DNA of 63,788 nt, filler included, from Phoronis australis (lineage: Eukaryota; Animalia; Phoronida), in NCBI GenBank assembly GCA_002633005.1. It is 13 parts of 13 records of this genome, joined end to end, with 100 filler letters (N's around TTAATTAATTAA, not from the genome) between each part and the next. Parts side by side here need not be neighbours in the genome. Positions count along the whole stretch, not along the records: positions 12,271 to 15,096 come from NMRA01001269.1; positions 15,197 to 41,282 come from NMRA01000331.1; 11 more parts are not named here. The stretch is one strand, 5' to 3'. The position numbers and the translations under genes were made by a program. The stretch's first letter is position 1, and each line of letters starts with the position of its first letter. The notes under the pieces are model-generated. The model was given only the letters and a program-made list of their open reading frames with translations. It was not told where the DNA came from and did not search any database. Of the stretch, positions 13,061 to 25,600 are shown one piece after another.

Positions 13061-15196
13061 TTAATACGCTCCGGAAAATTTTTGCTGTACAAATTTTGTC
13101 GAATTTTCGAAGTACATTCATGAATGGTTAAGTGCACATTTTCAAGAGCGCTTAGACGATCGACCTATGCTGCAAAAACGGAGACCCTAACAACAATTGT
13201 CCTGGTCAGGGCCCTCAAATGGTAAACCATACACTGATACCGAGTTTTCAAAGTTCTCTTGAGTTTTCTCTCTGATCAGTATTCGAAGTCTTTCCTTTTT
13301 GTCTTTCCCCATCCCCACACCTTCGTCGGTTGCCATGGTTTAACCCTGAGGCATGCAATTTTTTTGGGGTGGCACTCGCCCTCTCCCCGCTTACGAAGGT
13401 CCTGATGCAAGGAGTCCATCGTTGGTCCAAGGTCAATGTTGTGTTTCAACACGCACTCGTTGTATAGCTTGAGCATTAAATTAAAGGTTTAAGAAATACA
13501 GGAGCAGTTTTGCGCATTTAATTGTGCGTGTAAAAGGTTTTATGGATTCGTACAGAATTTGTTGCTGCAACTTGTCTCATGGGCCTGTACCCGGCGCGTG
13601 ATCACAAATGTGGACACTAATTCGGCTATTGCGCAAGTCGACTGTAGCAAGGTGGCCAGTGAAAATGTAAGGCAGCAGGCCAGTGGGCGTGTGTGCTTTC
13701 TAGTCTCTTATTATGAAAACCATTGAAGGCAATTATCAGCACCTGCAAACAAGAATTTTGAAGTATGGAGAATTTCAACAGGAGTTTGCTGTAGACTTAG
13801 TCGCGAAGCTGCAGACATTCCAGCCACGGTTACTGCCGGTCCTTCGAAGCAATTATAGCACATATATACGATTTTTTAAGAATGGCAAGGGTGCGTTTTG
13901 TGTTGACGGAAATGTCCATTGCGTCGAGGAATCTGAGGCATTTAATGATGAACAACTGTTGTGGCTTAATTTGGAAAAACACTTAGCAAAACTAACTTCC
14001 AAGTATGCATACTGTGGCGGAATTAAGAAATACGATTATGGCAGTGTTAACTGTAGCAGAGCCACAAAGTGTGCTAAAATGGTAGGAAATTAGGCATAAC
14101 ATTTCTGTAGCAGATAAAAGGTTGATTGGCGCAGGAAAAGGCCGAGGTCTTCAATGCTCAGAAAGATTTCGGCAGGCATAAGACTTGCCAAGAAAATGAC
14201 ACAGTTGAGTCCGGGCATTCTAAAGGAAAGAACTGCAGCCAATTCCAGTTACTCGGTGCAACTTCTCTCACCCGACGGCGTTGTTTCACTATACCGCAAC
14301 CTCAAACAACGTCAAAGAAACGAAACGCATAGGGTGAGATATTTCAGAGTAATAATATTTATTCGTGGATACAGGTGTCCAACTCAAAATGAATAACCCA
14401 TGGTCATTCTTTATGCCGATAGCAATGTTTTCGCCAACTGAAGAAGAACAGGAATCATAGACATCCCGCGCGCTCCGTCTATGGTTCTGACACTTCAAAC
14501 TTTCAACACGATAGGTAGCCGCAGAAAGTTCGATGTTGACCTCATGCTAATCTTCTCTGCAATCCACAGTAAAACAATTCAAATCCGCTCCTCGAAATAG
14601 GGCTTGCTCAGCTGGAATTCAGAACTGCGGTCACGAGAGTGTTTTCACCTCCTGATTGCGAAGCGATCGAGTTAGCTGTGGTATCTTCATCAGCGCGTGC
14701 TCTCAGCGGGAGGTCACCGCTTTATGCACTCAAGCGGTCGACAACTAAACTGACGAGAGTCTCAGAACTCCCACATGCAAATTTGATATGCAAATGAGGG
14801 AGTACTTGACTACTGCGCCATCTATACATCGATGGAAAAGCTTAAATACCCGTGACTGCGTGTGGGAAATTGCGATTGCGTGCGCTGAAGTCGATAATTT
14901 CAAAGTACAATTACACCACCGTTTAAGGTTGAAAAGTGAGTTTTTTGATATCATTCTATAGAAAAAGCTTTATTCTCTCTGATAAAATCGTCTCTTTCTT
15001 TTTAAACGAAACTTAAGTTCTGAACTTTAGTCCGGGGAAGGAGGCCAAAAACGGCGGTTTCGCTAGCTGTCCCGCAGTAGCGGATCTACGTTTTCANNNN
15101 NNNNNNNNNNNNNNNNNNNNNNNNNNNNNNNNNNNNNNNNTTAATTAATTAANNNNNNNNNNNNNNNNNNNNNNNNNNNNNNNNNNNNNNNNNNNN

Positions 15197-16288
15197 GAAA
15201 CTTCTCTCAACAATGAGCTAGCCATTATCCATGACTGGCTGATTCAAAATAAACTCACTCTTAACGTTAGTAAAACCAAGTCGATGCTGTTTGGAACCCA
15301 CCAGAAATTAAAGCAACAAAAACTATCCCTTTCTATCAACGGTTCTCCCATCGAGAATGTTGACAAGTTTAAGTACTTGGGCCTTATTTTAGATCCCAAT
15401 CTTAAATTTAATATGCACATAGATCATATCACAAAGAAATTATCAAAGAAAATCGGTGTACTTAAACGTCTAGGCAAATTTCTTAATGTCCGTACCCTTA
15501 AGACCCTTTACCATTGTATTATTCAGCCTCACATTGATTATTGTTTACCGGTTTGGGGGCACACTAGTGACACACTTGTAAACAAAGTCCAAGTAATCCA
15601 AAATAGAGCCGCCAGGGCTATCCCGGGTACTAAAATTAGGGACACTAGGGTTGACGACTTGTACTCCAAGCTGGGATTTATGAAAGTAAGACAAAGAAAT
15701 AAATATCTCTCTGCCTGTTGTATATACAGATGTATCAATGGCTTGGCTCCAGCATATCTCAGCAGTAAATTCAATAGCAGTCAGGCTGTTTATTCTACAC
15801 GTTCTTCTGTTGCTGGCAATGTTTCTTCTAAAAAAATTAAAACCGAGACTGGCAAGAGATCTTTTATCTATGCAGCTGCTATAATATGGAATTCTTTTAG
15901 CCCAGAAATCAAACGGTCCAACTCAATTACTACCTTTAATGTTAATGTTAAAAAGTGGCTGTAATTTACTTAACCTTTTATACCCTGCCTATCTTAATCA
16001 TGTCATTTTTTCATTGTCGTAAATACTCTCATTGTCTAGAGTCATCTCTTAATTTATTTCATCTGTCTTAGTTAATTTTTTACCATTATTTGTCATTTAG
16101 TTATTGTCTTAATTCTCAATCTTAACTGTTTTAATTGTATCTTTGTTACGTATATTTCATTGTTGTTTTATTACTTCATTGTATTATATTACTGTTTTTC
16201 TTGTTGAGGGCCCTCTTGGAAAGCAGTGCTATCACTGAAGAGGCCACCCTCATTTTAAATATCACAATAATAAATAAATAAATAAATA
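15197..16288 (+). mobile_element. CR1/L2-clade LINE 3' portion (ORF2 C-terminus open to 15964, 3' UTR stem-loop, (TAAA)n tail)
   Basis: WLIQNKLTLNVSKTKSMLFG...KYLGLILD...IIQPHIDYCLPVWG...QNRAARAI...WNSF; 3' GAGGG-CCCTCTT...AAGAGG-CCACCCTC hairpin region and TAAA repeats. The 5' end is cut by the contig edge. Confidence 0.9.
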
Positions 16289-16569
16289 CCAAATTTCATG
16301 AAAATCTGTCAGGACTTTTGAAGATACAAAGGTAAGCGTAAAAAACTAAATTTGCCACTAGGGGGCACACCGGTAGTAGGATCAGTCCGAAAGTTCGCAC
16401 ATGCCGTCCCATTCATGAATGGAACATATGTGCCAAATTTCATGAACGTATGTCAAAGGGTTTTGGAGATAGAGCAGTGGACGCCGGATGCCGGACGGAC
16501 GCCGCCCGGACGGATGGACGGAGATGACGGCATAATGCGTCCACATATAAATATGGGGGCGCATAAAAA
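16289..16569 (+). mobile_element. HINE family 1, 3' fragment (interrupted by the LINE)
   Basis: Highly similar to 23520-23784; GGAC microsatellite and terminal ATGCGTCCACAT...ATGGGGGCGCAT hairpin. Confidence 0.8.
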
Positions 16570-17872
16570 TGGCACATGTATGCATTGCTTGTGAATAGAG
16601 TTGGGAACAGAAATAGAAATCAACCCTATTACTCAACCTGTGCCAAGTAGCATGAAATAGTCCCAAACAGGGACTCAACAATGTCCCTTAACTTTTTACC
16701 ACACTCTTGAATTTGTGAATATGATATTGTCCTATCTTGAAAGTGAACTCTAAGTTGAATTATTAAACAGTTTCCACCATGACCATGTGTCTCAAAAAGT
16801 ATTTTATTAATACATCTTATGAGATTTAATAGCCTTTAGTATACCTGTAGCTAAAAAACAAGTAAAAAAATTATAAAAATAGTTTTCTGTTATCGGGGTT
16901 GTACGTAATAGGTGGAAGACCGTCTGCACCATTGTTTTTTTTTACCATTGCGAAACTGAGGAGTTTTTGGTAAAGTCTGCAGACAGCCGTCTTTATCAGA
17001 CATGAAAAGTGCATTTGTGGAGGCTGCAGTAAAAACAACTTGACTGAGGAAGTCACTTGTGTTCAAATTCCTGAATACGTGAAAGTTGCACAGAAATGGC
17101 ATTGGTTTGTGTGCCGCATGCGAGTGTAGAATGTCAGTGTGGAACATGCGATTCAGTTGGGAGCCACACTTTGTTCGGCACCTTTCAAGGAATTGTGATT
17201 CAACCAAACACAAAAACGGCATTACGATGAAGGGCTCGCCACCTTGAAAATTTTATAAATAAGGAACAAACTGCTTTCCTTCTAGGGTGAGTGATGCCAG
17301 GCCTCGATCCCGGCCCAGATCGAGTGCTATGACACATAGTAAACATTGTGTTTTGATCGTGCTCATTCCATCATAGCAATAGTGAATTCAAGTGACCCAG
17401 GTTTACTGTGGCCTTTAGTTGGTTGTGGCTCACATGTCTGCAGCATTTCTTGTGCAAGTGGTCAAGTTCGTTATGGCCTCAAAATCAATGAAAGTTCCCC
17501 AAGTGGGAAATCGAATTCACTGTCTGATTCTTCAAGTATTTGAGTGTGATACCCATGTCATCTCCCTCACTGTCTGCATAATAATTGTCCAGTTTTCCTG
17601 ATCTTCTGCAATTGATTGTCAAGTGACCAAACATCTTCCGCCCATTACATCATTTGGCGGGAAACTTGGCAATAACTAATTTTTCTTCAAATTAAAAAAA
17701 TTGCGATTATTTGGCATAAAAAATGCTTACTTAGTTAGATTGTATGGTATTCATTTCATATTAGCTAAATCAAACCTCAAAAACTACGAAAATGCATGGG
17801 GGAACTCTTCAACATTACTGACAATTAATAGGGTATGTTTTCACACAACATCCCTTATTTAAGGACTACGTA

Positions 17873-19387
17873 CCGTACTCGCCGTAATAACTGCCCATGC
17901 CTCTATAAGCGCCCCCCACGCGTTTTCAGACTTTGCAAAAATAAGCGCCCAGCTCATGAACCTGTACGTGCAAAAAATGCCTTACCTACAGTCCTAAAAT
18001 ACTACAGTAATGTCTTCAATTTATCAACAATATCTGACAGTCCTGAAAAAATCACTGTGCGCCGAATTTGTAGACCACGAGCCTCGCTGCTATGTCGGTA
18101 TTTAGCTGTGACTATACACTTCAAACTTCCGCCATGCCTCAAAACGAAGTCAACACAAAAGTTCTGCTGATATTGCGAGGACCAATGGTCTGGCCTTTCA
18201 GAACAGAAGTAGTGTAATTGTCTACGGGATTGCTTTATATATTTCCAGCTTTCAACTGGAATCCAAATTTCTTTGTAGGCCTACACTTGAAAACCGCGAA
18301 TCGAAGACTACTAAAAAACTTGGCCAGTGTTAAAAGCACGTGGCCAGGAAGCGCGCACTACATACATGAACCTGTCATCAAAGACATTAGTCGGGAACTA
18401 TCCATTCATGAAACGGGTAACATAGCATCGGCAAGAAATGGATATTGGCACTAATTTCCGACAGTTTCTCATACTATAAAAATATTTGCGTTATTTTTAA
18501 GATGAATTGCTTGATTAACCATAATTGGTGTTTTTAAGCCAAATATCTGATAAAATGACCAGAGACAGTGAATGCTTACATACCCTTACACCAAAAAACA
18601 ACTGTCAGATAGTTACGTACGCATCCAGCCACACGGCGACTAATATGGCCTTACCGAGACAAATGTCGAACGTTTTTAGCACATGAGACCGGCAAGTGCT
18701 GATTGAAACACACTCTGGTTTAGGCCTACTGCTTGTGCAAATTTCTCAAGATACAATGCAAATCTAGCTAGTTAGATTACGTGGCTCTGGCCAAAAGACG
18801 GTCTGCTCTGGCAATGAACTCTGGTGACATGCACGCGCTCGCTTACTCACAAACGCCGACAACTTCAAAACAAACGTCATGTGGCAACAACATGTGTGTT
18901 CGTCCAGACATTTTTCTCATGTTGTCGATCATACATGTAGATGGCACGATGTAGCACAGATTTGTACTTAAACCTGCCGTGATCCCGACTCCACGGGAAC
19001 TTAAAAATCTTAGGGACGCTATTTAGAAAACTTAAGGAGGATTTCAGGTAATTTGCTTGAGTCGAAACTGTATTTTTATTCAAGCATTCAAGTCCCCATA
19101 TTGATGATTGCGAGGCAGGCAGTTGGCGAGTTTTCGCCCTTGGATTTAAGCACAATTTTCTGTAAAATGATCGTAATTTAGCATCAAAGTTTGATAGCAA
19201 TGCACCACGGTTTCGTAGAAGGTCTTTCATAGATTACAGATACGTCACACAGCGTAATTATGATGAATCTTATCTTCCGATTTCACCAGTTTCGGAGACC
19301 GGGTTTCAATGGCCTTGGGTTATAATAAGCGGCCTCTCTGAAACAAACTTTTCTAAGCGCCCTGGGCGGTTATTACGGCGAATACGG
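17873..19387. mobile_element. Non-autonomous Tc1/mariner-pogo-type element (family B)
   Basis: TIRs CCGTACTCGCCGTAATAACTGCCCA and TGGGCGGTTATTACGGCGAATACGG, with TA flanks. Confidence 0.8.
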
Positions 19388-19642
19388 TACCTATTTTTTC
19401 ATTGAAATAAGGACTCACTTTTTAGATAAATAGTTTGAAAATGGCATTGTGTCGAGGAGGAAATCATAAATAAAACAAACTGATAGAAGAACATAAGACT
19501 TGTGAGTAAACAAATACATAAATGTGCAGAAGATTTAAGGAAATTAGTCGAGTCGTTATTTGGGAGTTTCATGGAACTGGGCACTGAACCAGAAACTAAT
19601 GACCACAACAAACAGTAACAGACGCATCCAACTCTTACTCAC

Positions 19643-22600
19643 CTCTCGCTGACTGAGGGTTCCACTGAAGTAAGCTTGCCCTAGTCTCCACAAGTCAGGG
19701 AAAGTGTCCGAGAGTACATCTGTCAATGACTCAACAAATTCCACTTTTTGAGGTGTTTTGAACTTTCCCGCTAAAAATAATAAAACTGCATGAACAATAT
19801 GGCAGATAATCATTCCAACACAGGGAAACTGGAAGGAAAAGCAAATTTGATCAAATGCATGCATGAGAAGTGTTTGAAAAACAGCTGTTTACAAACTGCC
19901 AACAAGATGAACAGTCAAGTTTTCCAAAAATTCATTATCCAAAGAGAATATCATCTTTGCATACATACGCAAGTCCACACAAAAGCTACTTAGTTCATTG
20001 ATATGCACACATGCGCATCTAAATTTAGTAAATATGTCACAGGTACTCATTTTTAAAAATATTTCGACGGCATTTGAAAGCATCTGTAAATCTCAGTTAA
20101 GCTATAGAGCTCATCATGAACACATTGGCAGCTATTGAGGGAGACTCAATGACAACTTGCCACTAAGGGGCACCAAAGTTCTTACAATTACTTCTGAACT
20201 GTTTCCATTGTATTTTTGTAATTAACATTGAAAAAGGAAAACTCCACTTCAGTCTTAAGCTGATCTCTGTACTGTACAGCTGTGATGAATCAACCCTCAC
20301 GGTAAAATTTTGGAATATTTCTTGCAAACTAGTTAGTTTCTGAATACTCAAAAATAAGAAAACTGGCAATGATTTCTCAGCAAAATAGCGTAGCAGATCC
20401 TTGCAGCAAGATAGCCAAAACTACTCGTCAAGTATACAAGCAGTAAGGGAGCAGATTAAAGTAAACATTATTTGAAAAACTGGAGACCCATATCCTTACT
20501 AAATGTGACATATAAATTGGCTTCTTCGGCTGTGGCTGAAAGGTTAAATCCCGTTTAAGGAAAACTAATCAGTAAGGACCAGACAGGCTTTGTTTCTGGA
20601 AGAAATGTGAACGAAAATATCCTTGTGCTATATGATTTAATGTTTTATGCCCATTTAGCTAAAAAAACCAGGACTGCTCTTACTGATCGATTTTGAGAAA
20701 GCATTTGATTCATTGTAGTGGAATTTTATTCAAAAAACTTTATCTTTCCTTGATTTTGGTTGGTTGACGAGAAGGTGCGTAAGAGTCTTTTACAGTAATA
20801 TTAAGGTGTGTGTTATCATAAATGGTCACCCATCTTCCTGGTTCAATGTTTCGTGGGGCTGCAGACAAGGTGACCCTTTGTCTGCCTACACTTTCAAATT
20901 GTGCGCGGAGCTTTTGGCGTATTTAATCAAGAATAATAAAAACATTACCGGCGTAGTTGCAGGAAATAATGAATATTTGATTTCGCAATATGTGGACAAC
21001 TCACCAATTACTTTGGATGGGTCGAATTTGCGATTGACTAGTACATTGAATGTACGTACTACATTTGGTTGCTAGTGTCTCCGGTCTCCACGTCAATGTG
21101 GATAAAACAAAAGCAATATGGTTAGGAAGTAAAACTGGTAGTGATGACGGGATTCCTATAAAAGAAAGCCCGTCTTGGACAAAAAAACCTTTTTGATTTT
21201 GGGGGTGGATTTTGACACTTAATTGGATAGTATGACGCATAAGAACTTCACTGCAAGAATGACTAAGATTAAGTCTTTATTAAAAAATTCAACACCGTTT
21301 GGTAGAGTAACTAAAATGAAAACATAAGCTATTTGTAAGCTTATTTTTTTGTTGTCAAGTTTACCAAATCCACCAGTGAAAGTCTTAGATGATTTGAATA
21401 CGATATTCTTTATATTTGTATGGCAGGCTCCTAATGATAAAATTAAATGAACTACGGCCTGTTTCGGACTAGACAAAGGGCGACTTCAAATGATTAATAC
21501 ATACTTTCAGCAAAGCTTTAAAACCCGACATGACCCTAAGATATCTTGAAAGCCCTGCGTCAAAAAGTGGTCAGTTACTATACTCCGTCTAACCATTCTT
21601 AAAAAAATTTTGCTTCATTTGGAGAAGACTTTATTCAGTCGAAGTTAACTCAATTGATAATTCCTAACGGTGCAACGTATTTGCAAGTATGACATCTTTT
21701 GCTCAGTGGTGAATCTACTGCATCATAATCTTCACTTGAGAATGAAACACGTATGTTTCGAAATATCGTGTGCCTTTTAATTATGTCGCTAGGTCAGTTA
21801 CTGCATCTATGTTCAGTTGAGAGTAGAGTTTTGTTCTGAAGGTACGAACGTAACGGAAAAAAGACTTTGAACAATGAAAAGTGTCGTGCGTTTAACCAAT
21901 TCTGTATCTTTCTATAAGAAAATAAATGTTGCGAGTAAAGAAGACTTTTTGAAGCAAACTTTGTGGTTTAATGGTAACTTGGGAATCGGAGACAAAAGTG
22001 TTTTTTATAAGTCTTGGAACTTTATAAAAGGCTTAAGATTTATCAGAGATATGTATACCTCTGATGGCAATTTCATTTGTTTAGACCATATCATAAATGT
22101 GATCCATGTAAAAACCAACTTTGTAGAATATTATGGTGTTGTCTATGTTCTAAGAAGGTTTCAAAAAAGTCTATCTCAAAGTAAATTTAAAAGACAGTGT
22201 TCATGTCTATTCTCCTTGCATGCCTTTAGCGGTTACTCAGATACCGGAAAGATATGAAGGGTTGTAGACATATTCTTTCTATCTTTAACGACATTAAGAA
22301 ACCTTCTAAGTCAGAGTGTAAATGGGAAACAGAATTAGATTTGAAGAAAATATGCGCATTGCCTTATGAAATTACAAAGGATCCCAACCTTAGATGGTTC
22401 CAATTTAGAATATTACACAGGATTACTGCAACAAATACAATTTAGTCAAAATCCAAGTTCGGTATTCTAATTCATGTTCCTTTTATAATAAAGCTCCAGA
22501 GACACTGTCACACCTTTTCTGGGAATGTCGTCTTGTACAAGATTTTTGGAAAGAATTCAGAAAACTACAGTCAAAAGTGTCTCATTCAGCTTGCCAACTG

Positions 22601-25600
22601 TCTCTCTTACAAACGTGTTATTCTTAGACTTAATGAGACACATGATATTCTATTTAACATTTTGCTGTTTAGCCAAATGGTACATTTACAAGGCTAGAGA
22701 GATGGCACAAAATATACCTAATATTCACAAGATTGTTACATATACTAATGAGCACTATAATGCTGAAAAATTGCATATAAAAATTGTGTATGACAGCTTG
22801 TCTGTGAAATGGGAAAATTTCATTGTTCAAGCTAACTCCATGTAGCAGTTGTTTACTTTATACGAGATACGAGAATGGTCTTTCCTGAGGTGTGCATGCA
22901 TGAATAAATGGATGTACTTGTTTCTTTTTGGACTTGTATATCAATGATAATAAATATCTGAAACAAGAGCAACGTGGATCGTTGAAATGCGCCCACGAAT
23001 GCATTGCAAATGGTGTGCTGTTAGGGTTATTTATTTGTATCATAAAAATGGCCACTAGATGGCGCAAAAACATACAATCCATCCAAAAAGAGGAACATGC
23101 CTCATTTCACAAAAATCTGTCAAGGAACTTCAGAAAAACAAAGGAAAACAGAATAAAATGAAATTAGTGGGCACAGTGTCCGTTGGATCCGCCTGAAAGT
23201 CATTGTCGTCTGTTGTTATCTTGAAATAAATACACTTACTAAATTTATTAAAGATCCTGCACTGGGTTTAGGAGATAGAACTATAGGCGCAAAACAAAAC
23301 TACCACTAGGAGGCCCCACAGTAGTCAGTCACCATCATCAAAGGTTGTCTTCACACTGAGAAACATATATGCCAATTTTCAGATGATTTGGTTGATTTAG
23401 GGGTGGACGCCAAAAACAAGATTTGAAAACAACAAAAATGGCCACTTGGTGGCGCAAACTATGTCGAATCCATACAAAAATGGGAGGATAGCACCATCTC
23501 ACTAACAGGTGCCTAAATACCAAATTTCATGAAAATCCCTCCAGGACTTTTGAAGATACAAAGGTAAGCGTAAAAAACTAAAATTGCCACAAGAGGGCAC
23601 ACCGGTTGTCGGATCCGTCAGAGTTTGGTCATGCCGTCCCATTCATGAATGGGACATATGTGCCAAATTTCATGAACGTATGTCAAAGGGTTTCGGAGAT
23701 AGAGCAGCAGACGCCAGATGGAAGCCGCCCGGACGGAGATGACGGCATAATACGTCCATATATAAATATGTGGGCGTATAAAAAGTATACAGGCAGTAAA
23801 CACTTAAATGCAAACTAGTTAATAAAATGGCCACTTTCGGTAACCTTCTTACCATTGGGGTCTCCTCCAGGTACATTGAGACTGGGTGGATGTGGTGTGG
23901 CTGAAGGAAAAGTGACAATTTGAGACACACACAGCAGGATCTTAAAAATCAACAGAAAGCTAGATATATTCTTGGGTGACAATTTTGACAAAATCTTAAG
24001 TAAAGAACCACGAAAACCATTGAGGTGTGCCCACAATGCACCACAAATGGTATGATTCTAGGGGTGCTGATCGGGTTCGTTAAGATACATGACCACTTCT
24101 TGACTTCTAGGGTAGGTGCAATAGTCAATGTCAAAGAAAAAGTGATGGTATCTCACCATTTAAACCAACATCAAATTAAAAAAGATAAGAAAATGAAGAT
24201 AACAAAAATTTCAAATAAGAAATCAAAATGAAAGAATGGAACACAACACTAGGTATAAAACATGTCAGGTGCCGTCAATTTCTTTTCACAAGAGCAATGC
24301 AGAGTAGTGAAATGCACCTATGATAGCACAGCAAACGGTGTTCTTCTATGGGTGTTTCTAGTATGATAAAAATGGCCATTAGATGGCGCAAAATGCATCA
24401 CACCCATCCAAATTGAGAAGGTAGCATCGTCTCTGTAACACACAACTATTTGCCAAATTTCATGAAAATAAGCCAAGGAACTCTCAAGATATAGAGGCAA
24501 ACTAAAGGTAAAAAAACAATTGAAACTAGGCGGCACAGCTATAGTTTGACATGTCAGAAACTCATCATCATCTGTTGCCATCTCTATAGAAGACTATCTG
24601 CCAGATTTCGCAGCTCTTCCAAAGGGTGAAGGTGACACAGTCATAGATGCAAAAAAGCAAAATTGTCCCCAAGGGGAACCAGACTAGTCAAAAACATCAG
24701 AAAATCAACATCAGCCAAGGTCTTTGGATCAGGAACACAAATGTCAGGTTTCATAATCATCCTTCAAGTGGATTGGCAGATAAAGAGGCAGACAGTAAAA
24801 ACATACGTGGAAATTTTTAAATGGCCACCAGGTCCTGCAAAAACGTCAAATCGGTCTTTTGGATGGTTCGGCAGGGCGGCCAGAATTAAAAATACAGGCA
24901 AAATATAAACAACAGCAACAAAAGGCATTGAAATGCGCCCACGAATGTAATACAATTGGTGTGCTTTTACGGTCTATATTTGTATCATAAAAATGGTCAC
25001 TAGGTAGAGCAAAAACGTCAAATCTGTTCGAAAACGGGAACATATCACTGCTTATTGAATAGAAAGCTTTTCACCAAATTTCATGAATAACTATCAAGGA
25101 ACTTCAGAGAAACAAAGGAGCACGCATTCATTGGATCCACCTGAAAGTCTATTGTTAGCTTCATATAAATACACTTACATGACTGTACGAAATTTAATAA
25201 AGATCCTACAGTGGCTTTAGGAGATACAGCTCTGGGTGCAAAACAAAACTACCACTAGGAGGCCCTGACAGTAGTCAAAGACGTCATTCTCAACCGTCCT
25301 CTTAACACTGAGAACATATACGCCAATTTTCAGAACCATCCTTTGAATGGTTTGGTTGAATTTGAGGGTTGGATGCTAAAAAACACTCAAAAACAGTAAA
25401 AATGGCAACTAAATAGCGTAAAATACCTCGACTCCACCAAAAAACAAGAGGATAGCATCATCTCAAAAATAGATACCTTTATTCAAAATTTTAAGAAAAT
25501 CCATTGAAGGCCTTTGAAGATACAGACTGAGGTAAATGTAAAAAACTAAAATTGCCACTAGGAGGCACACAGATAGTCATATCCATCCGAAAGTCATTGT

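Noticed and set aside
13713-14093. 126-aa ORF
   Set aside because: No recognisable domain or splice support.
16871-17640. Possible piggyBac remnant (acidic and Cys-rich peptides)
   Set aside because: No TTAA-CCC termini or convincing motif could be established.
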